From Octopus sinensis (taxonomy: Eukaryota), in NCBI RefSeq assembly GCF_006345805.1, contig NC_043001.1:109802001-109866000 (forward strand): a DNA stretch of 64,000 nt, in the 5' to 3' direction. The translations under genes and the position numbers were made by a program. Position 1 is the stretch's first letter. Every line of letters starts with the position of its first letter. A model generated the notes under the pieces. That model made no database searches and was not told the origin of the DNA. It saw nothing but the letters and a program-made list of their open reading frames with translations. Positions 25,379 through 38,924 of this stretch are shown here, piece after piece.

Positions 25379-27088
25379 CACGATTATCTGATTAATGATT
25401 ATTTTATTCCTGGCTGTACCAAAGAAATTATCGAGCAGACAATTCTATGTTTTGCTGTATTGGACTATGTTAATTCTCATATTGAATTTACATCTCACCG
25501 GAAGTAAATTGCTTTTCATCAATCCTCATGAATTTTTGTCGAATCTTTCTAAAGTTGTAAATCTCTCTATATAATCAATAGACTTCTTTATTTTCATTCG
25601 TTTATACTACCAATGTGCTTTATATACCAACATTGAATAATGAAATTATGTTTTGTATGGAACTACGGTTATTGTGTAAGGTAGATAATACGCTTAATAA
25701 TTAACAAAGAAAACTTTTTAAAGGAAATATAATAATAACATATTTTATGCATTGGAAATATTGAATTTCATTGTTACTCTATGACAATAGTAAGGGTTCT
25801 GTATTAACATGTCGGTATCATATTTGAAATAGTCCCATTAAAGGATAAATGAGAATTCAAAATCGTGTGAGTTTTAAACAAATACAAATTCAAATAATAT
25901 GTGAAAAATTATTTTTGAAAGCACTAATGAAACATGAAGCTTATATTTAAGTGGAATGGGTTATATTATAAAATGTAAATTGAACATGCCTCCGTTGAAA
26001 ACTATCGATGGAAATTAAAATACATGTGGCGTTGAGAAATATATTTCGAATCATTCTGTTATTGTAACATATTTTAGGTAGTATTTTCCCTGGAAAACAT
26101 ATCATTTAGAAATATTAAGTAATTAATAATATCAATGTCCTTTAAAAAATCTTTTCGGATGTATCAGATTTATATATACGCAGATGGGTTTTTTTTCCGT
26201 TTTTTCTGTTTGTAATGAACAACTGACGAATTCAATGCAACGGATAATTTATACACAATCAATGGTAAATATTTAACTGTGCTGTAGTCTGGTCTTCTGC
26301 TTTTAAACATTTCAGAAAACAAGTTATTGAATTATAAGAGTGCACTGTGAATCATATATGTGTGTAAGGTATTAAATAAGTTTTCAGTACGAGTTTGTGT
26401 ATGCGTTCTCATAAGTTTATATATTCGCCGTTATTCCGTCATTCTAATCAGAATATTATATGACAAGTTAGTTAAAAAATGTTGTTATCATGAGACTTGC
26501 TGAAATACAACTGTCAGTTTCAATTCAAACTTTCTAATTCTATGGAGACAATAATAATATTGATATCTCTCTTGACTATCGCAATAACCACGTGTCAACA
26601 TTAATATTAATGGTAATATGTAGGAATAAATTTTAATACTGATGATAATTTCTGACTTTGAGACACAAGACCATAATTTTGAGGATAGAACGTAGTGGTT
26701 CAATTGTGGATAACAAAGTGGATAAGAAATGATGCTGGTTGTTTCCTGATTCACTGACCGCAGAAAGATCAAATTACGATTGGATGGATTGTGATTTGAA
26801 CATTGAACGTAAAATAATAGTACTAATTGTCATATTGTGCTGTAGGCTTCGTTCATCTTTCTATGTTAGGTTTAAAAATATACAATTATAAATGGAAATG
26901 TGCATGTATCCATTCTGCATAAGTCACAGCATCAAAGAGAAGACGAAGGATCACAACCTCCAGGAGCATACGCAGAATAGGTTCATGACATACTACTCTC
27001 ATTTACCTGTCAATAAATGTACTCCTGGAGCAATACATCTAAATCTAACATCACTAACTGAAACATCAAAATGTCGATGAAGAATGGT

Positions 27089-27289
27089 CAGGTAATTTGT
27101 GCATGCTAGAAAAAGCAGCCAAAACGGCCGAAACCACAATTAATAGCAATTCTCGAAGGTAAGAGTTTTTATTTCTCATTCCCTTCGAAATTTGCTATTA
27201 AATGTGGTTTTGGTAGTTTCGGCTGCTTCTTCTAGCGTGTACAAATTACATGTTAAAAGGTAGTTTTCTCTTGTGTTTAAATGTACACC
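27089..27289. mobile_element. Internally deleted, left-truncated copy of the MITE at 29744
   Basis: Shares CTAGAAAAAGCAGCC.../GGCTGCTTCTTCTAG arms and the TTGTGTTTAAATGTACAC end. Confidence 0.7.
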
Positions 27290-27369
27290 ATTTTATTTTA
27301 AGAATATGTTGTCTATTGACTAATTTTACATACTAAGCCACTGGATATATGTATATATATATATATATA

Positions 27370-28100
27370 TATCTTCTGTTTTTTTTAGTTTCGTCCGTTA
27401 CAACTTCTTTCATGATAGCCAGCATGTAAAGAGAGATTGTCCCTGTAGTTTTCGGCAAAAGGAAGAAAGTCAGCAGCCTGCACTTCATGGTAGATTTAAC
27501 TGATAGATGGATCCGTCCTCCCCGCAATAATACGTATTCATAAACCCGAGAAGTCAGAAATGCTCGGATACCAAAACAATGCATGCAAAACGTCCGTCGC
27601 TCTGCCGTGTGTAGAACTGCTTCGGCTGATGGCATTCATGACTATAAGTATGTTACCTAACTGGTAATGTCCCATTACTGGTGGCAATGCTTCAATATTC
27701 CCAGCAATTTCTCGAAATTATCCATAGTTCCTGAGCCAAATGCTCTAAAGCAGACCACCCAGTATATTTTCATCGTTAAATTTTTCCCAACAACTTCATC
27801 ACAAATCTATTCCGCTAACTTCAAGGATAACGTCCACGATGAAGTTCTACCTCACCGACTGTATTGCCCGACGACTGGGCATTGTCTTTCTTCATCACCT
27901 CCTCTGGATTGATGACGAGCGCACTCTATAATATATTTTCCTCTAACATTCTCTCTTTTTAAAAAGTTATTAATTCTGATCTGATTATCGTCTTTAACAC
28001 ATCTCACCAATATAATCTCCGTCAACTATCATTCATAATAATTCATTCACATGACCTTTGTTACATTTCTGCGCCTACGATGACTCGTTCAAATTAAAGT
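27370..28100 (-). pseudogene. Decayed RTE-like LINE C-terminal remnant
   Basis: KIYWVVC... and MPSAEAVLHTAERR...LLRGGR resemble the RTE post-RT region (KIYRAVV; MPSIEALLHQAQLRW; RGGQRKR). Confidence 0.4.
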
Positions 28101-28852
28101 AACTGTCATGCCGATTGCATCTCTTTAAGACTGAGCTATTAACAGTTTTGTAATCTTGAACTCTGTATATGTTCTACCATCGCTATCCGCTGGTTGGAAA
28201 AGCACTCTCTCTTAATACGATCTGAGCGTCCATCTTTATTTAATCCATGTACATATGTCTATCATCACCATTAATAACAACAATAATAGTAATAACAACA
28301 AATACCAAGAGCCTCGACAACAACTACAAAAACAATATCAATATGAACAACAACAGCAGCAGCAGCACAGCAACAACAACAACAATAACAGCAACAACAA
28401 CAACTGCAATGATCATAACTTAACGCACATCACATAATGAAAGGAAATTTAAAAGATAGGAAAATGGAAGGCTTCTAAATTGAAACAAATGCACATGTTC
28501 AGGAAAAGTGTTGTATTAAATGAAATCCTGTTGTATAATGGCTTTTGAATATTTAATAGAATACAATTAATGGTTATTGTAAATCAATCCGTATTTAAAT
28601 TCTTAATATAATGAATTATACTTAAATTTAACCTGTAATTCAAGTATTGCTGTCATATTTACATGTAACGATAAACAAATAAACAATTCATTATTCTAAA
28701 TGATGTGAAAAATAATAGTAACTGTACATACACGTCAAGCATGTAATGGATGAAAATGCTATAAATATATATAACAATATAAGCATACGCGCGCGCGTTT
28801 GTATGTATGTATGAATGTATGTATGTATGTCTGTATGTGTATATATATATAT

Positions 28853-29425
28853 TATCAGAAAATTGATAAAACTGTTGATCAACAAACAAATTATACCACA
28901 TCGGTTGATTATTTTTTAATACAAAACATATCATAACATTTCTTACGGCCGTTTCCGCTTCCAATGTTAGTCGGTGCTTCCGAAAGAAATTCCAAATATA
29001 ATATTCGTCATCTTCAAAGCACATTCGAACTAGTATATGGAGCTTCATCAGAGTGAATACAAATGCGTAAGACAAAATGAACGAAGGGAAGAGGATAGAA
29101 CAGAGTCACGAGAAGAGGCAAGGAGCCGTAACACATTAAAATCATACCAACCTGGAGCATCAAGCTTGAAATCGATAGGTAAAAGAGTCTTCCCTTTATT
29201 TTATTTTACGCATTTGTATTCACACTGATGAAGCTCCATCTACTAGATCGAATGTGCTATGAAGATGATGAATATTATTTTCAGAATTTCTTTCGTAAGC
29301 ACCGACAAACATTGGAAGCGGAAACGGCTGTAAGAAATGTTATGTCATGTTTTGTATTAAAAATTAATCAACGGTTGTGTTTTAATTTTTTTGTTGATAA
29401 AAAGTTTTCTCTATTTTCTGATTAT
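28853..29425. repeat. Inverted repeat, ~240-bp arms, ~90-bp spacer
   Basis: 28853-29095 is the reverse complement of about 29185-29425 at roughly 85-90% identity by eye; contains hammerhead-like fragments. Confidence 0.8.
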
Positions 29426-29596
29426 TTAAATTTGATTCCTGATAAACTTTTGCTTACCCTGTTGTTAGACGTACCCTATGAGCATAGAGTGCCTGCATAG
29501 CAATGCCCAGAGACAACACAGGTAAACGATAGCGAGAGTAAATACAGATACTATTATCCCTTAGACGGTTACTACAAAAGCTAACTCTGCTTAAAC

Positions 29597-29630
<34 letters not shown>

Positions 29631-29743
29631 TGTGTGTGTGTATACGTAAAATATATAGGGTAGCTAATATTTTTAGAAATTTCACTGCTAGTGGCCTAGC
29701 ATGTATAAAAAGTCAATAGACAACATATTCTCAATATAAAATA

Positions 29744-30147
29744 GTGTACATTTAAACACAAGAGAAACTACCCTTTAACAGGTAATTCTACACGCTAGAA
29801 GAAGCAGTCAAAACGACCAAAACCACAATTTAAGAGCAATTTTCGAAGGGAATGAAAGATAAAAACTTTTACCTTGTTATATATATTTTCTTACGTTTAT
29901 TTGTCTCTAAGTTATACGTTTATGTTATGGCGCGGTTACGGATGAGAATTCGCCTAGCAAATTCCTTTATTTGCTAAAACACTTTGAAACCTAGGTACAA
30001 CCGTTAAAAACAATAACAAGGCGAAACTTTTATTTTTTATTCCCTTTGAAAATTGCTCTTAAATTGTGGTTTTCGTCGTTTGACTGCTTCTTCTAGCGTA
30101 TAAAATTAACTGTCAAAGGCTAGTTTCTCTTGTGTTTAAATGAACAC
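29744..30147. mobile_element. MITE, ~130-bp TIRs (GTGTACATTTAAACACAAGAG...), TA target duplication
   Basis: Inverted ends and TA at 29742-43 and 30148-49; related ends at 27289 and 33750. Confidence 0.8.
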
Positions 30148-30607
30148 TATCTTTTATGTATATGTATATATATATATATATTATATATATATACAGGTAT
30201 TTGCCAAAAGCTACTGATGGTTTCAATTTTTAATAACTTCCTTAACTTTACAAATAAATGCAGGAAAGTTTGATACAATATAAAGGACGCAATGTAAATT
30301 ATTATACACAAATCACATTTTGCAACACCGCTACATCACATATGAAAAAGAGCATCGCTTAAAGGGCAACCATTTTCAGCTTCGCACACCCGTGCTCTTT
30401 CCAAGTCTTTCACCATAACGTCATCAAGAGCTTCAGACCCCAATTCTCCATTTTGCACGCGTCGACGCGCACGGTTTTGTGGTAAGTGTATTGCCCACAT
30501 GATCGCAAGATAACGTTTTCAACTTCACATGGTCCTGAGCAAAACACTTCATTTCACGTGACTTCAGCTCACGTAACACTCAAAATGTGTATTCGTGGAT
30601 GCATATA

Positions 30608-30655
<48 letters not shown>

Positions 30656-30659
30656 ATAT

Positions 30660-30865
30660 ATAAGGTAAATTCAAGTAAAACGATGAACAAACACAAAAAA
30701 CTACAACACCAGGGCGTGGTACATTTAAAGTATTAGTAGACGGTCAGGGAAGGAAAGAAAGGTGGTTTCACGTTTCGAGCAACGCTCTTCTTCGGAAACA
30801 GGATTGGCCAATAGAAAAGGAAGACTAAGGAAACAAATCACCAACGATTCACAAGTGGCTACATG

Positions 30866-30870
<5 letters not shown>
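30660..30870 (-). mobile_element. Penelope-like terminal-repeat remnant with decayed hammerhead
   Basis: Minus strand TTTC-CGAAGA-AGAGC-GTT-GCTC-GAAAC-GTG-AAAC; stem II intact, core mutated. Confidence 0.45.
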
Positions 30871-30884
<14 letters not shown>

Positions 30885-30907
<23 letters not shown>

Positions 30908-32440
30908 GTATGTATATAGGTAGGTATGTATATAGATTTCCTTCACTGACCCGGTTTAACCGGAAGGAGTTTTTAAAACATTTTTTTTATAGAAGACATT
31001 ACGATCAGGCGGTTCCTGTACACGAAAATGTAACAACAAACAGCAGAGCATACATAGGCTGACATGCCTTTAATGGACTGTAAAATTATTAGCCAGCGAT
31101 TGAAGGTGTTGAATTGTAGGCGGCAAGGAATTGTATGGACATTTCCAAATGACTGGTGTTTACATTACAAATAGTAAATATGTAACGATTATTGGACTTC
31201 GTTCAATAATTTCTGCTTTTATTTCTAAGACAATTTATTACACCTACAAGTATACATACGAAGACGCGTGCATTCATACATAGATTCATGCGTATGTTGA
31301 TAGCTACATTCTAACGCTTAGAAATAAAGTCTGATCAATGAACGCCGTGGATACAAAAGCTTTACACTTGTTCAGGCTGAACAGACGATAAAACAATGGA
31401 AGTAATGTTATCAGATGAGATTATAGCTTTTATTTAGCTCCCAACTCCTACGCATGTATATATCAATTGAGTTGGATAAATAAAAATCCTGCACGTGTAT
31501 GAATATATGTAATAATTCTACGTTTATGGCTAGTCGCGCATTTCACATACATACGTAGGTAAATAGATGTGGGTATACGTGGAAGTGGATAATGTATATA
31601 GAAGCATATACACAAACGCACACATATACAGAAACTATACAAATGTAAATTGTATATATATAATATATATATATATATATGCACGTATGTATATAGGTAG
31701 GTATGTATATAGATTTCCTTCACTGACCCGGTTTAACCGGAAGGAGTTTTTAAAACATTTTTTTTATAGAAGACATTACGATCAGGCGGTTCCTGTACAC
31801 GAAAATGTAACAACAAACAGCAGAGCATACATAGGCTGACATGCCTTTAATGGACTGTAAAATTATTAGCCAGCGATTGAAGGTGTTGAATTGTAGGCGG
31901 CAAGGAATTGTATGGACATTTCCAAATGACTGGTGTTTACATTACAAATAGTAAATATGTAACGATTATTGGACTTCGTTCAATAATTTCTGCTTTTATT
32001 TCTAAGACAATTTATTACACCTACAAGTATACATACGAAGACGCGTGCATTCATACATAGATTCATGCGTATGTTGATAGCTACATTCTAACGCTTAGAA
32101 ATAAAGTCTGATCAATGAACGCCGTGGATACAAAAGCTTTACACTTGTTCAGGCTGAACAGACGATAAAACAATGGAAGTAATGTTATCAGATGAGATTA
32201 TAGCTTTTATTTAGCTCCCAACTCCTACGCATGTATATATCAATTGAGTTGGATAAATAAAAATCCTGCACGTGTATGAATATATGTAATAATTCTACGT
32301 TTATGGCTAGTCGCGCATTTCACATACATACGTAGGTAAATAGATGTGGGTATACGTGGAAGTGGATAATGTATATAGAAGCATATACACAAACGCACAC
32401 ATATACAGAAACTATACAAATGTAAATTGTATATATATAA
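30885..32440. repeat. Tandem duplication, 2 x 777 bp, essentially identical
   Basis: GCACGTATGT at 30904 and 31681; TGTAAATTGT at 31644 and 32421 (offset 777 in both); bounded by (TA)n. Confidence 0.92.
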
Positions 32441-32544
32441 TACTATATATGCATATGAATACATATGTGTATAGATATATGTGTATGTATACATAAATAT
32501 TTACTTAGATATATAAATAGAAGGAGAAACAGACGCCCGAGCAG

Positions 32545-32584
32545 ACAGATAGATAGATAGGTAAATAGATAGATAAATAGGTAA

Positions 32585-32680
<96 letters not shown>

Positions 32681-32692
32681 ATAGATAGGTAA

Positions 32693-32775
<83 letters not shown>

Positions 32776-32792
32776 AAAGAGAGAGAGAGAGA
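32545..32792. repeat. (GATA)n followed by (GA)n
   Basis: Direct reading. Confidence 0.95.
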
Positions 32793-33456
32793 TACAAACA
32801 TATGCACATGCGTCAGACAAGGGAGAAAGGGAATAAAAGATAGAGATACAGTGTGGATTCTGGAACCGTGTAAAATTTGTAGCGATTCGCCAATGGCCTT
32901 TCATGTTAGAACGTAGCGATTTAATTCAATATCGCGCATATATTAATATAGTTGAACATTTCGCTTTTATGAATGGATCAAAATAATAATTCAATCGTTT
33001 CAGTTGATATTGCAAATGGAGCAACAGTTTTAGGTAATTATTTGAATAGGATGTAGTGAATGTTGAAAGAGCCTCTCTCCATTTACAAAACCAGACATCA
33101 AACGTGGACGGCGTATATGCGGTGACTAAAAGGCCATAGTGTGATACGGATGGGTTCATGTTGAAATGGTTTTGACTTTTTTTTTTCTCATTAACAATGA
33201 AAGAGAAAACTGAAACTGAATGGAATAGTTTGATTAATTAATATTGAATGTGATATGATGTGAACAAAGCAATATGGAAATAACTTGAATACATATTTAC
33301 ACGTCCCTTCGTTTACATGTATTTTAAAAATAAATCAGGAACGTGCACATGTCTATGCATATGTGTGTATGTTAATTTATTGAGCACCCAGGCTAAAATA
33401 GCACATTTTTAGAGATATATAATGCGTGCGTTTCAATATATATATATATATATATA

Positions 33457-33505
<49 letters not shown>

Positions 33506-33616
33506 CAGTATAGGTACGTGAATATTACTGCATAAACCCTAATGTATACATACACACTCACACACATATATATATATCTACATACAGATATATACGCATA
33601 TATGCTTCTGCGCATG

Positions 33617-33669
<53 letters not shown>

Positions 33670-34052
33670 TATATATAGTATATATATATATATATATATT
33701 TGTTCACTCAGACTCACACACAACAAACACACACACATATATAAAATTAGTGTACATTTAAACACAAAGGAAGATACCCTTAAATACTAGAAGGAGCATA
33801 CATTCATGCATACATACACATACGTGTGTATGTGTGTGTGTGTATGTGGGTTGGTGTGTTTTTGTGTAAAGGTAAGAAATTGCTTGTCGGAGTTTCACAT
33901 TTCCGCTTGTTCGAAGAGTAAGGACGCAGCTGGTGCGTCGATAACCAGCTGCAGAAGATGTCTCCCTGGGGAAAAATAGTAGTAACATTCTTCCTAATCA
34001 GGACTGCCACTTTACGTTGGCAAATAATATAAAATTTACTCTCTCTGTCTCA

Positions 34053-34136
<84 letters not shown>

Positions 34137-34139
<3 letters not shown>

Positions 34140-35085
34140 CAACAATTGAGGGTAAATTAATTAATTATTAATCAGTTTCACCAAGTGTTCAGTATGTAAA
34201 GGGACATTATAGGCGAATTCAAAATATTACATTATATATAAGGGCTTAGTAAAATAAATTACTTGCCACATACTGAACTCATTAGAAATAGCAGCTAAAG
34301 AAATTTCTTCAGCTATTTCTAATACTTAAAGAAGATCTCTCTCAGATAGTGTTTGCCTAAACTAACTCACAAAAGTATGGGGGAAAAAACATTAAAAAAT
34401 CAAGTGCAAAGGTTATTTGAGAACGTACGTTTCTAGATTAGTCAATTCGACATTTCTTTCTTCAGCTCAGAATTCCTTGAGAGATCTTCTTCGAATTGAC
34501 TAATCTAGAAACGTACGTTTATATAATGTAATATTTTGAATTCGCCTATAATGGTCCCTTTACATACTGAACACTTGGTGAAACTGATTAATAATTAATT
34601 AATTTTACCCTCAATTGTTGAAATTATAATTCATCTCTCTTAGCTAAATTCTGCGGTCTTCACTGTTAATACTTGGTGTTTGTCAATTTTAACCCACGCT
34701 GGTGGAAAGGGGAGAGCAGAAATTCTTCGCTTGCATATTCGAATTTGATAGCACTTTTAGTTCGAGCAGAATTCTATAGGTGATTAGAAGCCGAAAGGGT
34801 ATGCTCCCGACTTTAAGTGTTCCCAAATCCGATTCAAGGAATTCTGAGCTGAAGAAAGAAATGTCGAATTGACTAATCTAGAAACGTACGTTCTCAAATA
34901 ACCTTTGCACTTGATTTTTTAATGTTTTTTTCCCCCATACTTTTGTGAGTTAGTTTAGGCAAACACTATCTGAGAGAGATCTTCTTTAAGTATTAGAAAT
35001 AGCTGAAGAAATTTCTTTAGCTGCTATTTCTAATGAGTTCAGTATGTGGCAAAGTAATTTATTTTACTAAGCCCTTATATATAAT
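34137..35085. repeat. Complex interleaved inverted-repeat structure (family shared with 1366-1597)
   Basis: 34137-34238 is inverted at 34520-34623; 34231-34480 is inverted at 34834-35085. Confidence 0.88.
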
Positions 35086-35103
35086 ATATATATATATATA
35101 TAT

Positions 35104-35325
35104 TATTTCTTTATTGCCCACAAGGGGCTAAACATAGACGGGACAAACAAGGACAGACAAAGGGATTAAGTCGATTATATCGACCCTAGTGCGTAACTGG
35201 TACTTAATTGATCTACCCCGAAAGGATGAAAGGCAAAGTCGACCTCGGTGGAATTTGAACTGAGAACGTAACAGCAGACGAAATACCGCTAAGCATTTCG
35301 CCCGGCGTGCTAACATTTCTGCCAG
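35104..35325 (-). mobile_element. SINE type B monomer (tail A)
   Basis: Head, body and tail ...GTTTAGCCCCTTGTGGGCAATAAAGAAATA. Confidence 0.88.
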
Positions 35326-35342
35326 CTTACCTTATATCACCT

Positions 35343-35777
35343 TCACTCTTTTACTTGTTTCAGTCATTTGACTGCGGCCATGCTGGAACACCGCCTTTAG
35401 TTGAGCAACTCGAACCCGGGACTTATTCTTTTGTAAGACCAGTACTTATTCTATCGGTCTCTTTTGCCGAACCGTTAAGTAACGGGGACATAAACACACC
35501 AGTTTCGGTTGTCAAGTAATGCTAGGGGGACAAACACAGACACACAAACACACACACACACGCATATATATATACATATATACGACGGGCTTCTTTCAGT
35601 TTCCGTCTACCAAATCCACTCACAAGGCTTTGGTCGGCCCGAGGCTATAGTAGAAGACACTTGTCCAAGGTATCACGCAGTGGGACTGAACTCGGAACCA
35701 TATGGTTGGTGTCACGCAGTGGGACTGAACCCGGAACCATGTGGTTGGTAAAAAAGCGACTTACCACGCAGCCACTC
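35343..35777 (-). mobile_element. SINE type A with internal ~39-bp tandem duplication in the head
   Basis: CACGCAGTGGGACTGAAC..GGAACCA..TGGTTGGT occurs twice at about 35672-35750. Confidence 0.85.
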
Positions 35778-35798
35778 ATGTATATATATATATATATA

Positions 35799-35890
35799 AG
35801 GCAACTTGGCAGAAATGTTAGCACGCCGGGCGAAATGCTTAGCGGTATTTCGCCTACCGTTACGTTCTCAGTTCAAATTCCACCGAGGTC
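35799..35890 (+). mobile_element. SINE type B head fragment
   Basis: GGCAACTTGGCAGAAATGTTAGCACGCCGGGCG...GAGGTCGA. Confidence 0.8.
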
Positions 35891-35894
35891 GATT

Positions 35895-35925
<31 letters not shown>

Positions 35926-35944
35926 GTATTACAGATCTATATTT

Positions 35945-36151
35945 AAGAGATAAGGAATTATGTACTTTATTTACATTATTTGCCCTCATCTTGTTTGTTG
36001 TTAACACAGCGTTTCGGCGGATGTACCCTACAACCTTCATCAGGTGTCTTGGAGAAATTTCAACCTGGGTTCTCAGAGAACCCATATAGAGTAGATTCCG
36101 AGTTCAATTCCAGGTAGTGACCTGAATAATAATGATAATAATAATAATAAC

Positions 36152-36206
<55 letters not shown>

Positions 36207-36380
36207 TAATAATAATAATAATAATAATAATAACAGCAACACCGAAAATACCTTAGGAATGAGAACTCAAGTTCGAAATTTTTCCCAAGATACCTGATGA
36301 AGGCTGGAGGTTATATCAGCTGAAACGTTGAGTTAACAACAAGCAAGATGAGGACAAATAACCCTCAATTGTAAATAATA
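35945..36380. mobile_element. Inverted pair of Penelope-like terminal repeats around (AAT)n
   Basis: 35945-36080 (-) and 36240-36380 (+) are reverse-complement paralogs, each with GACAC/GATAC-CTGATGA-AGG...-GAAAC; (AAT)n at 36125-36232. Confidence 0.7.
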
Positions 36381-36429
36381 TATTTATATATATATATATG
36401 TGTGTGTGAGTGTACATATAGGGAAAATT

Positions 36430-36600
36430 CACGAAAATAACAAAAGACGAAGACAGACGGTGTAGAAAACAAGCAGATGTATTAGTATAACGCTCAGGAA
36501 TTGAAAAAGTCTTTTACTTTTCGAGCCTACGCTCTTCCACAGAAAAGAACACAGAAAGAAACAAGGAGAGAAAAAAAAAGGAGAGAAAAAATGGCGACTG
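36430..36600 (-). mobile_element. Penelope-like remnant (same family as 30660)
   Basis: Minus strand TTTT-CTGTGGA-AGAGC-GTAG-GCTC-GAAAA-GTA-AAAG: decayed hammerhead with intact stem II. Confidence 0.4.
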
Positions 36601-36859
36601 TCTGTATATATATATATATAGATAGATAGATACACGCCAGTAGTTGATAATTTACGATACCATATTTTATATTGAGACATGAGTATTTTCATACCGACCT
36701 GGAATATGTTACTGGTTAATATATATAACTAGTGAGAACGTCACCCTCATTTTTCCGCCGAAGTTACCACTCGACAACGCTGAAATCTCTTCAGAAATGC
36801 GGTCCGGAATTGCATACACACGTTGGGGACGAAGGTACACAGCATTTACGCTTAAGGTA

Positions 36860-37150
36860 ATCGGCTCTCGATCGTAAGGGAGTTAGTTTGATCCCGGTGG
36901 TGCGTTTTGTCCATGAGCAACATACGTTATTTCACGTTGCTCCAGTCCACTCAACTGGCAAAAATGAGTTGTACCTGTAATACAAAGGGCCAGTCCTGTC
37001 ACATTCTGTATCACGCTAAATCTGCATGAGAAATCCCTTAAGGGTACGAGTGTGTCTGGAGTTCTCAATCACATGCACGTTTATTTTAGGAGGAAGCTGT
37101 TTCGCTGATCGGACCAAGTAGAATCCTTGACATCGTTATCGACCGAGAAC
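36860..37150 (+). mobile_element. SINE type D (core Y + tail T1), diverged
   Basis: TTCACGTTGCTCCAGTCCACTCAACTGGCAAAAATGAGT followed by TGTACCTGTA. Confidence 0.7.
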
Positions 37151-37707
37151 CAGTATATGTTTGTATGTTGGTATGAATGTATGTATACAATTTACTTGTG
37201 ATAAAAAAAATTCGCTGATAAAAATTTGTGAATGATACTCAATCGATGATATGTCTTCTCCGAATATAATCAAAAATGGAGACAGGAACAAATCCCTCAC
37301 CTTTCATGAACAAACGAAATTTATGAAATTTTAATTTATAGATTGAACTAAAGTGATTTCATTTCAAAATGACGAAATAAAAACTGTGGCTATCCTTATC
37401 CTAAAAGCGCTACAGCGTATAACTGTAATCAAAGGAGGAAATGTTAGAGAACAGCCGAAATTATTTAATGAGAACTGAGGGTTTCCTTAAAGAATATTCT
37501 ACGGTACACAGCTGGAAAATAAGTACAAAGAATCAAAGATTAGTTGGAAACGGAAAATAGATTTCAAAGGAATAAAAAGTTTCTGGCGAAAAATCGTTCC
37601 AGAGGAAGAAATGGGCTTCTATATTTTCCCTTCCATACAAAAAGAATTTTAATTACACGCTATGTGAAATGCAGCTCCTTATCCACTTCCACTTCCGAGG
37701 TATGTTA

Positions 37708-37709
37708 CA

Positions 37710-37742
<33 letters not shown>

Positions 37743-37812
37743 GGCAGCAGCAGCAGCGCCGCCATTACATCCGCCACCACCACCAGCACCATCACTACTA
37801 CTACTAGTAGTA
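37708..37812. repeat. Compound trinucleotide repeat (TAC)n-(CAG)n-(CAC)n-(TAC)n
   Basis: Direct reading. Confidence 0.85.
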
Positions 37813-38519
37813 GAAGCGGAATGACGCCTCTAACTCATGAATTTTGGACTTTAGTGTAGAATTTGAACACACAATGTAACCATTATTAGTAAAATGATGC
37901 CATCCGGTTTTCTATGCGCTACTAATACGTTTAGTTATTCCTCTTTTAATTAAGGGAATGTAATACTAACGAAAACAGTAACAACATTACCGTAAAATTA
38001 AACGCAAAAAGGTGTTCGTGAAAGAAAGATAACGGCCATAGAAACGTAACTGACAAACTGAATACAGTTAAGAAAATGATAATAGTAATAATTTCCGATA
38101 AAGGCAGAAAGCCACAAACTTGGGAGAGGAGGTTATTGGCTAAAAAAGAAAAAAAAAACAAGAAAAAGAACACTCCATTACTCTAATTATCACTTTATTT
38201 TATATACTAGATAAAGAAATGGCAGGCGTTGAAATTGGCCGGAGTTCAATTCAAACGTAAACAACCGGAACGATAATCACAAATTATCTTGTCCAAAGCT
38301 CCGAATATTCTTCCAGAAACAACGGCTTTAGCTGTCGGAAATATCATTAGTTACACAATTTTTAATATTGGCACAAATCTAGAAATAGTGTGTTAAGCCG
38401 GTGGAACCTTATTTTCTCGGTGCAGAATAAAGAAAAGAGGAATCTGATAATACTGGGATTTGAACTCCGAACTTCAAGTCTGGAACAAATAACGTGATGC
38501 AAGTTACTGAATCTTCTTA

Positions 38520-38893
38520 AGGAAGCACTCCGTCGGTTACGACGACGAGGGTTCCGGTTGATCCGATCAACGGAACAGCCTGCTCGTGAAATTAACGTGT
38601 AAGTGGCTGAGCACTCCACAGAAACGTGTACCCTTACCGTAGTTCTCGGGGATATTCAGCATGACACAGAGAGTGACAAGGCTGGTCCTTTGAAATACAG
38701 GTACAACAGAAACAGGAAGTAAGAGTGAGAGAAAGTTGTGGTGAAAGTGTACAGCAGGCATCACCACCATCCCCTGCCGGAGCCTCGTGGTGTTTTCGCT
38801 CAATAAACACTCACAACGCCCGGTCTGGGAATCGAATCCGCGATCCTACGACCGCGAGTCAGCTGCCCTAACCACTGGGACATTGCGCCTCCA
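38520..38893 (-). mobile_element. SINE type C (core X + tail T1), near full length
   Basis: Reverse complement of the 52288 copy. Confidence 0.88.
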
Positions 38894-38924
38894 CACTGAA
38901 TCTTCTACTCTGTATGGAAAGTAA

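Noticed and set aside
28255-28437. Q/N-rich coding exon
   Set aside because: Compound AAC/CAG microsatellite with no splice or domain support.
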